A stretch of 32,000 nt of DNA from Trichlorobacter lovleyi SZ. Its GTDB lineage: Bacteria; Desulfobacterota; Desulfuromonadia; Geobacterales; Pseudopelobacteraceae. The notes under the pieces are model-generated. The model did no database searches. It saw only the letters and a program-made list of their open reading frames with translations, and was not told the DNA's origin. The position numbers and the translations under genes are program-made. Shown here piece by piece: positions 28,557-32,000 of this stretch (its first letter is position 1; every line of letters begins with the position of its first letter). Location: assembly GCF_000020385.1 (NCBI RefSeq), contig NC_010814.1:300001-332000 (forward strand), written 5' to 3'.

Positions 28557-29840
28557 ATGGATACAAACTGGAAGCTTGAAACCCTGGCTATTCAGGGTGG
28601 TTACGAGCCAAAGGCCGGCGAGGCCCGCATTGTGCCGATCGTGCAAAGTACCACCTTCAAGTATGATGATGCCGACTACGTGGCCAAGCTGTTTGATCTT
28701 GAAGTGCCCGGCTTCTTTTATACCCGGCTGGGCAATCCGACTGCTGATGCCTTTGAAAAAAAGATCGCCCAGATGGAGGGTGGTGTGGCTGCCCTGGCCA
28801 CCTCATCCGGCCAGGCTGCCATTACCCTGGCCATGCTGAACATCTGCCAGGCCGGACAGCATATCGTATCCGCCAGCACGCTCTACGGCGGTACCTACAA
28901 TCTGTTTTCCTCTACCCTGCCCAAGCTGGGGATCGAGGTCACCTTTGTCAATCCCGATGCCCCGGCAGAGGAGATTGCCGCTGCCTTCCGGCCCACCACC
29001 CGCGCCCTGTATGCCGAAACCATCGGTAACCCCGGTATGAACGTGCTGGATTTTGAGAAATTTGCCAGCGTGGCCAAGGCGCAACAGGTGCCGCTGGTGA
29101 TCGACAACACCATGGCTACCCCCTATCTCTGCCGCCCCTTTGAACTGGGGGCCAATATTGTGGTCCATTCAGCCACCAAGTATATTGACGGCCACGCCAC
29201 CAGCCTGGGCGGCGTGATTGTAGATGGCGGCACCTTTAACTGGGATAACGGCAAATTTCCTGAACTGGTGGAGCCGGACGCCAGCTACCACGGCATGCAG
29301 TACGTCAAGACCTTCGGCCCGGCTGCCTACATCATCAAGGCGCGGGTACAGCTGATGCGGGATCTGGGGGCCACCGTGGCGCCGATGAACGCCTTCCTGT
29401 TCAACCTGGGGCTGCATACCCTGCCGCTGCGGATGCAGCGCCACAGTGAGAATGCCCTGGCACTGGCCAGGCACCTTGAGGCACATCCGGCAGTTTCCTG
29501 GGCCTGTTACCCCGGTCTGGCCAGCCACTCCAGCCACGGGCGGGCACAGAAATACCTGCCCAAGGGAGCCAGCGGCGTGCTGACCTTTGGTATCAAGGGG
29601 GGGGCAGCAGCAGGCAAGAAGTTTATGGAGGCCTGCAAACTGATCGCCCTGGTGGTGCATGTGGGGGATGCCCGTTCCTGCGTACTGCACCCGGCCAGCA
29701 CCACCCATCGGCAATTGAGCGAAGAGCAGCAGCTTTCCTCCGGGGTCAGCCCGGACCTGATCCGGCTGTCCGTGGGGATTGAGCATATTGATGACCTGAT
29801 TGCGGATGTGGATCAGGCGTTGGCAATCAGTCAGAAGTAA
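28557..29840 (+). CDS. metY: O-acetylhomoserine aminocarboxypropyltransferase/sulfhydrylase (PLP-dependent)
   Basis: FFYTRLGNPT, VVHSATKYIDGH (PLP Lys), and length ~427 aa typical of MetY/MetZ-type enzymes. Confidence 0.9.
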   Translation: MDTNWKLETLAIQGGYEPKAGEARIVPIVQSTTFKYDDADYVAKLFDLEVPGFFYTRLGNPTADAFEKKIAQMEGGVAALATSSGQAAITLAMLNICQAGQHIVSASTLYGGTYNLFSSTLPKLGIEVTFVNPDAPAEEIAAAFRPTTRALYAETIGNPGMNVLDFEKFASVAKAQQVPLVIDNTMATPYLCRPFELGANIVVHSATKYIDGHATSLGGVIVDGGTFNWDNGKFPELVEPDASYHGMQYVKTFGPAAYIIKARVQLMRDLGATVAPMNAFLFNLGLHTLPLRMQRHSENALALARHLEAHPAVSWACYPGLASHSSHGRAQKYLPKGASGVLTFGIKGGAAAGKKFMEACKLIALVVHVGDARSCVLHPASTTHRQLSEEQQLSSGVSPDLIRLSVGIEHIDDLIADVDQALAISQK

Positions 29841-29852
29841 CTATCTTAGCTA

Positions 29853-29882
29853 GGGGGTGCGGTTGGCTGCACCCCTGTTTTC
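29853..29882 (+). terminator. Terminator-like hairpin after metY
   Basis: ggggtgc ggttggct gcacccc tgttttcg, 13 nt after the stop codon. Confidence 0.55.
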
Positions 29883-29895
29883 GTACAGGATTCCC

Positions 29896-30741
29896 ATGCT
29901 CGATATCGCCATCGGCACCTTCACCATGCGTCCCTATGTGTTCGCCTTTTTTGCCGCGTTTCTGCTGGCCTGCGTCCCCCATGTGGGCTGGAAAAAGACC
30001 CTGAGCTTTACCGGACTGGGCTACCTGATTGCCTTTATCTCCGAGAAGCTCTCCATCACCACCGGCATCCCCTATGGCTGGTACTACTACATTGACAGCA
30101 CCAAGACCAGGGAACTCTGGATCTGGGGGGTGCCGTTCTTCGACTCGCTCTCCTATGTCTTTCTGACCTACTGCAGCTATACCACCGCCCTGCTGATCCT
30201 GTCACCGCTGGCAACCCGTGGCGCAGATCTGATCACCCTGGAAACCCGTGCCATCCGGCGTTCATGGGCCGCCCTGGTGTTGGGTGCGTTCCTGCAGACC
30301 TTTCTGGATATCATCATTGATCCGGTGGCGTTGCAGGGCAGTCGCTGGTTTCTGGGGCAGATCTACGGCTACAGAGAGGTGGGGGTGCATTTCGGGGTGC
30401 CACTGTCCAACTACATCGGCTGGCTCCTGACCAGTTTTGTGCTGGTGGCTGTCTTTCAGTGGGTTGATCGCAGACAGGAAACAGAAACACCGCGCGGCAT
30501 CTTCCCGATGCCGTTCAGGTCGCTGCTGGGGCCGATCCTGTATCTTTCAGTGCTGCTGTTCAACTGGGGGGTGACGCTCTGGATCGGGGAAAAATTGATG
30601 GCGCTGACCGGCATCTTCATCTTTACCCTGCCGATTGTTTTGGTCGTCTTGCTGGCCCTGCAGCGGGTCAACCGCTACCGTGAAGAAGAACTGCGGGAAC
30701 ATCTCAAGGATTATCCCTGGTCGCCGCTGGGCAGGTGGTAG
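29896..30741 (+). CDS. Polytopic membrane protein, DUF422/carotenoid-biosynthesis-protein-like
   Basis: Multiple TM helices. Segments GIPYGWYYY, FFDSLSYVFLTY, IIDPVALQG and PLSNYIGW fit my memory of PF04240-type proteins. Start moved to ATG 29896 because the track GTG start 29857 lies inside the metY terminator. Confidence 0.55.
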   Translation: MLDIAIGTFTMRPYVFAFFAAFLLACVPHVGWKKTLSFTGLGYLIAFISEKLSITTGIPYGWYYYIDSTKTRELWIWGVPFFDSLSYVFLTYCSYTTALLILSPLATRGADLITLETRAIRRSWAALVLGAFLQTFLDIIIDPVALQGSRWFLGQIYGYREVGVHFGVPLSNYIGWLLTSFVLVAVFQWVDRRQETETPRGIFPMPFRSLLGPILYLSVLLFNWGVTLWIGEKLMALTGIFIFTLPIVLVVLLALQRVNRYREEELREHLKDYPWSPLGRW

Positions 30742-30789
30742 CCATCTTGCCTTTATCGGCAATCTGAAAACAGCTGACTGCGCTTTTCA

Positions 30790-31551
30790 CTACAGCATCG
30801 GCAGGATCTGCTGCAGGGCCAGGCCGAGATTTTTGCCGGCCCTGCCGCTGTTGGCCGCCAAGCGGGCCAGCTGGGGGATGATGCGCGGTTTTTTCAGGCA
30901 GGTGAAGAGTACGCGGGGAATGCTGATCCTTAACTGTTCATCGGTCAGCTCATCCAGTGAAAACCCCAGTTCTTCGGCAGCATCATCGCTGATGGCACGT
31001 AACCCCAGAAAAGGGATTCCCGCTGCGGTGGCTGCCTGGGCAACGGCAGCACTCTCCATCTCCAGTACCGGGGTCGGGAGGTTGTCGGGCAGTGTTCCGG
31101 CGCAGGCGCTTTTGGTGACGATCCTGCCGGTGGTAATGAAGCTGCCCTGCCAGGTCCGCAGTCCTCTGTGCTGCAATTCGGCAGACAGCCGTGCAGTGAT
31201 CAGTTCACTTCCCGGCAGGGTTACTTCGTTCAGGCCGTTTTCGTTGTCAGTGAAGAGCCGTTTGCAGAGTACCAGATCGGCCACCTGCGCCCCCGGGCGT
31301 ACGGCACCGCAGAATCCGGCCGACAGCAGCAGGTTTGGCCGGTCCGCCTTGATCAGCTGGTGGGCTGCGAGGGCTGCAGCTGCCGTTCCCATGCCACCTT
31401 CAACCACCGTGACCAGGCGGTCCGCCAGCATGCCGCGGTAAAAGGGGATGCCCCCCATCAGGCGTCGCTTGACCTGCTGCAGACGTTTGACCAGAGCGAC
31501 CCGTTCCTCGGGCATTGCCACAATAATGCCGATATGCTTGACCGTATCCAT
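30790..31551 (-). CDS. PNP_UDP_1 phosphorylase-family protein (MTA/SAH nucleosidase- or HpnG-like)
   Basis: IGIIVAMPEE...VVEGGMGTAAAA...LLLSAGFCGA...EMESAAVAQ motifs of the nucleoside phosphorylase/nucleosidase fold. Start set to ATG 31551 (GGAGG upstream); the longer ORF would overlap the tRNA gene. Confidence 0.65.
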   Translation of the reverse strand: MDTVKHIGIIVAMPEERVALVKRLQQVKRRLMGGIPFYRGMLADRLVTVVEGGMGTAAAALAAHQLIKADRPNLLLSAGFCGAVRPGAQVADLVLCKRLFTDNENGLNEVTLPGSELITARLSAELQHRGLRTWQGSFITTGRIVTKSACAGTLPDNLPTPVLEMESAAVAQAATAAGIPFLGLRAISDDAAEELGFSLDELTDEQLRISIPRVLFTCLKKPRIIPQLARLAANSGRAGKNLGLALQQILPML

Positions 31552-31638
31552 GCTGCGTACTGTACCTCCATTTGTCGCCCCTGAAAAGCCCCTGATCAAA
31601 ATTCTGGACAAACAGGTCATATTCATGTAATTAAAAAA

Positions 31639-31729
31639 GTTCTTCCTGGAGAGGTGTCCGAGTGGCTGAAGGAGCACGCCTGGAAAGTGTGTGTACGCTA
31701 ATCCCGTACCCAGGGTTCAAATCCCTGCC
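31639..31729 (+). tRNA. tRNA-Ser (anticodon GGA), class II with long variable arm, CCA encoded
   Basis: Acceptor GGAGAGG/CCTCTCC. Anticodon stem CACGC/GTGTG with loop CTGGAAA. Variable arm GTACG-ctaatcc-CGTAC. T arm CAGGG-TTCAAAT-CCCTG. Discriminator G followed by CCA. Confidence 0.95.
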
Positions 31730-31737
31730 TCTCCGCC

Positions 31738-31776
31738 ATACCTATCAAAGGGCTACGTACTTGATTGTCGTAGCCC
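31738..31776 (+). terminator. Terminator hairpin after tRNA-Ser
   Basis: gggctacg tacttgattgt cgtagccc followed by tttttcttt. Confidence 0.6.
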
Positions 31777-31818
31777 TTTTTCTTTGCCATCCCCTGAGCT
31801 AGCAAGGAGGACAGCCGC

Positions 31819-32000
31819 ATGCGCCCTGCCCGTACCCTTTCCCGTTGTGCCGCCCTGTTGCTGACTCTGGTTCTGGCGGGCTGTTTTGCCAAGCCGCTGC
31901 CGCCGGTGGTGGTACCACTGCCCACCCGCCAGATTGACTATCAGAAAGAGGTCAAGCCGTTGCTGGACAAGCGTTGCACGGTCTGCCACTCCTGTTATAA
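31819..32000 (+). CDS. cti: Fatty-acid cis/trans isomerase-like protein, N-terminal 60 aa (runs off the right edge)
   Basis: Not in the ORF track because it has no stop in the window. AAGGAGG SD, then MRPARTLSRCAALLLTLVLAGCFA (lipobox) ...EVKPLLDKRCTVCHSCY. This is the heme CxxCH motif in the context I associate with Cti N-termini (RC.VCH.CYDAPC). Confidence 0.55.
   Translation, partial: MRPARTLSRCAALLLTLVLAGCFAKPLPPVVVPLPTRQIDYQKEVKPLLDKRCTVCHSCY

Noticed and set aside
29857-29895. GTG start of the membrane-protein ORF at 29857.
   Set aside because: It lies inside the metY terminator stem-loop. ATG 29896 is the first plausible start.
31552-31677. N-terminal extension of the phosphorylase-family ORF.
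   Set aside because: It overlaps the tRNA-Ser gene on the opposite strand and lacks an SD. ATG 31551 follows GGAGG.
31639-31776. tRNA-Ser as an island integration site.
   Set aside because: There is no integrase, no duplicated tRNA 3' end and no compositional break on either side within the window.

Overview
By gene content this looks like a Geobacter/Desulfuromonadales-like chromosome (my inference; no search was run). It splits into two parts.

**(1) Positions 1 to ~8823: one end of an integrated mobile element.** It is visibly more A+T-rich than the rest and continues beyond the left edge. It sits inside the Mg-chelatase-like gene comM. A large serine recombinase gene lies at the junction, and its last codons and stop codon appear to come from comM DNA. 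The element carries a full plasmid-type maintenance set:
- a TrfA-family Rep next to seven ~22-bp iterons, a DnaA-box-like site and an AT-rich tract
- a ParM/ParR-like partition locus with a repeat field upstream
- hipBA
- a CI(S24)/Cro-like switch
- a four-gene block (2701-5023) holding an element-encoded sigma-70/ECF-like factor and three orphan proteins

The orphan block and the integrated-replicon architecture are the best candidates for something undescribed.

**(2) Positions ~8824 to 32000: core genome.**
- dedA-pgeF-comM' and a xerC-like recombinase
- a DUF4388/Roadblock gene pair
- a clean IS481-family insertion with a 6-bp target duplication
- a succinyl-CoA:acetate CoA-transferase-type enzyme, truA, asd and leuB
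- a methionine/SAM-cycle neighbourhood: metK, ahcY translationally coupled to a SahR-like ArsR-methyltransferase regulator with a perfect palindromic operator candidate, and metY. Between metK and ahcY sits an unexplained ATPase-rhodanese-YkgJ operon.
- tRNA-Ser(GGA) and the 5' end of a fatty-acid cis/trans isomerase-like gene

No CRISPR array, rRNA or recognisable riboswitch was seen. All assignments come from reading the translated sequences and motifs; nothing was checked against a database.
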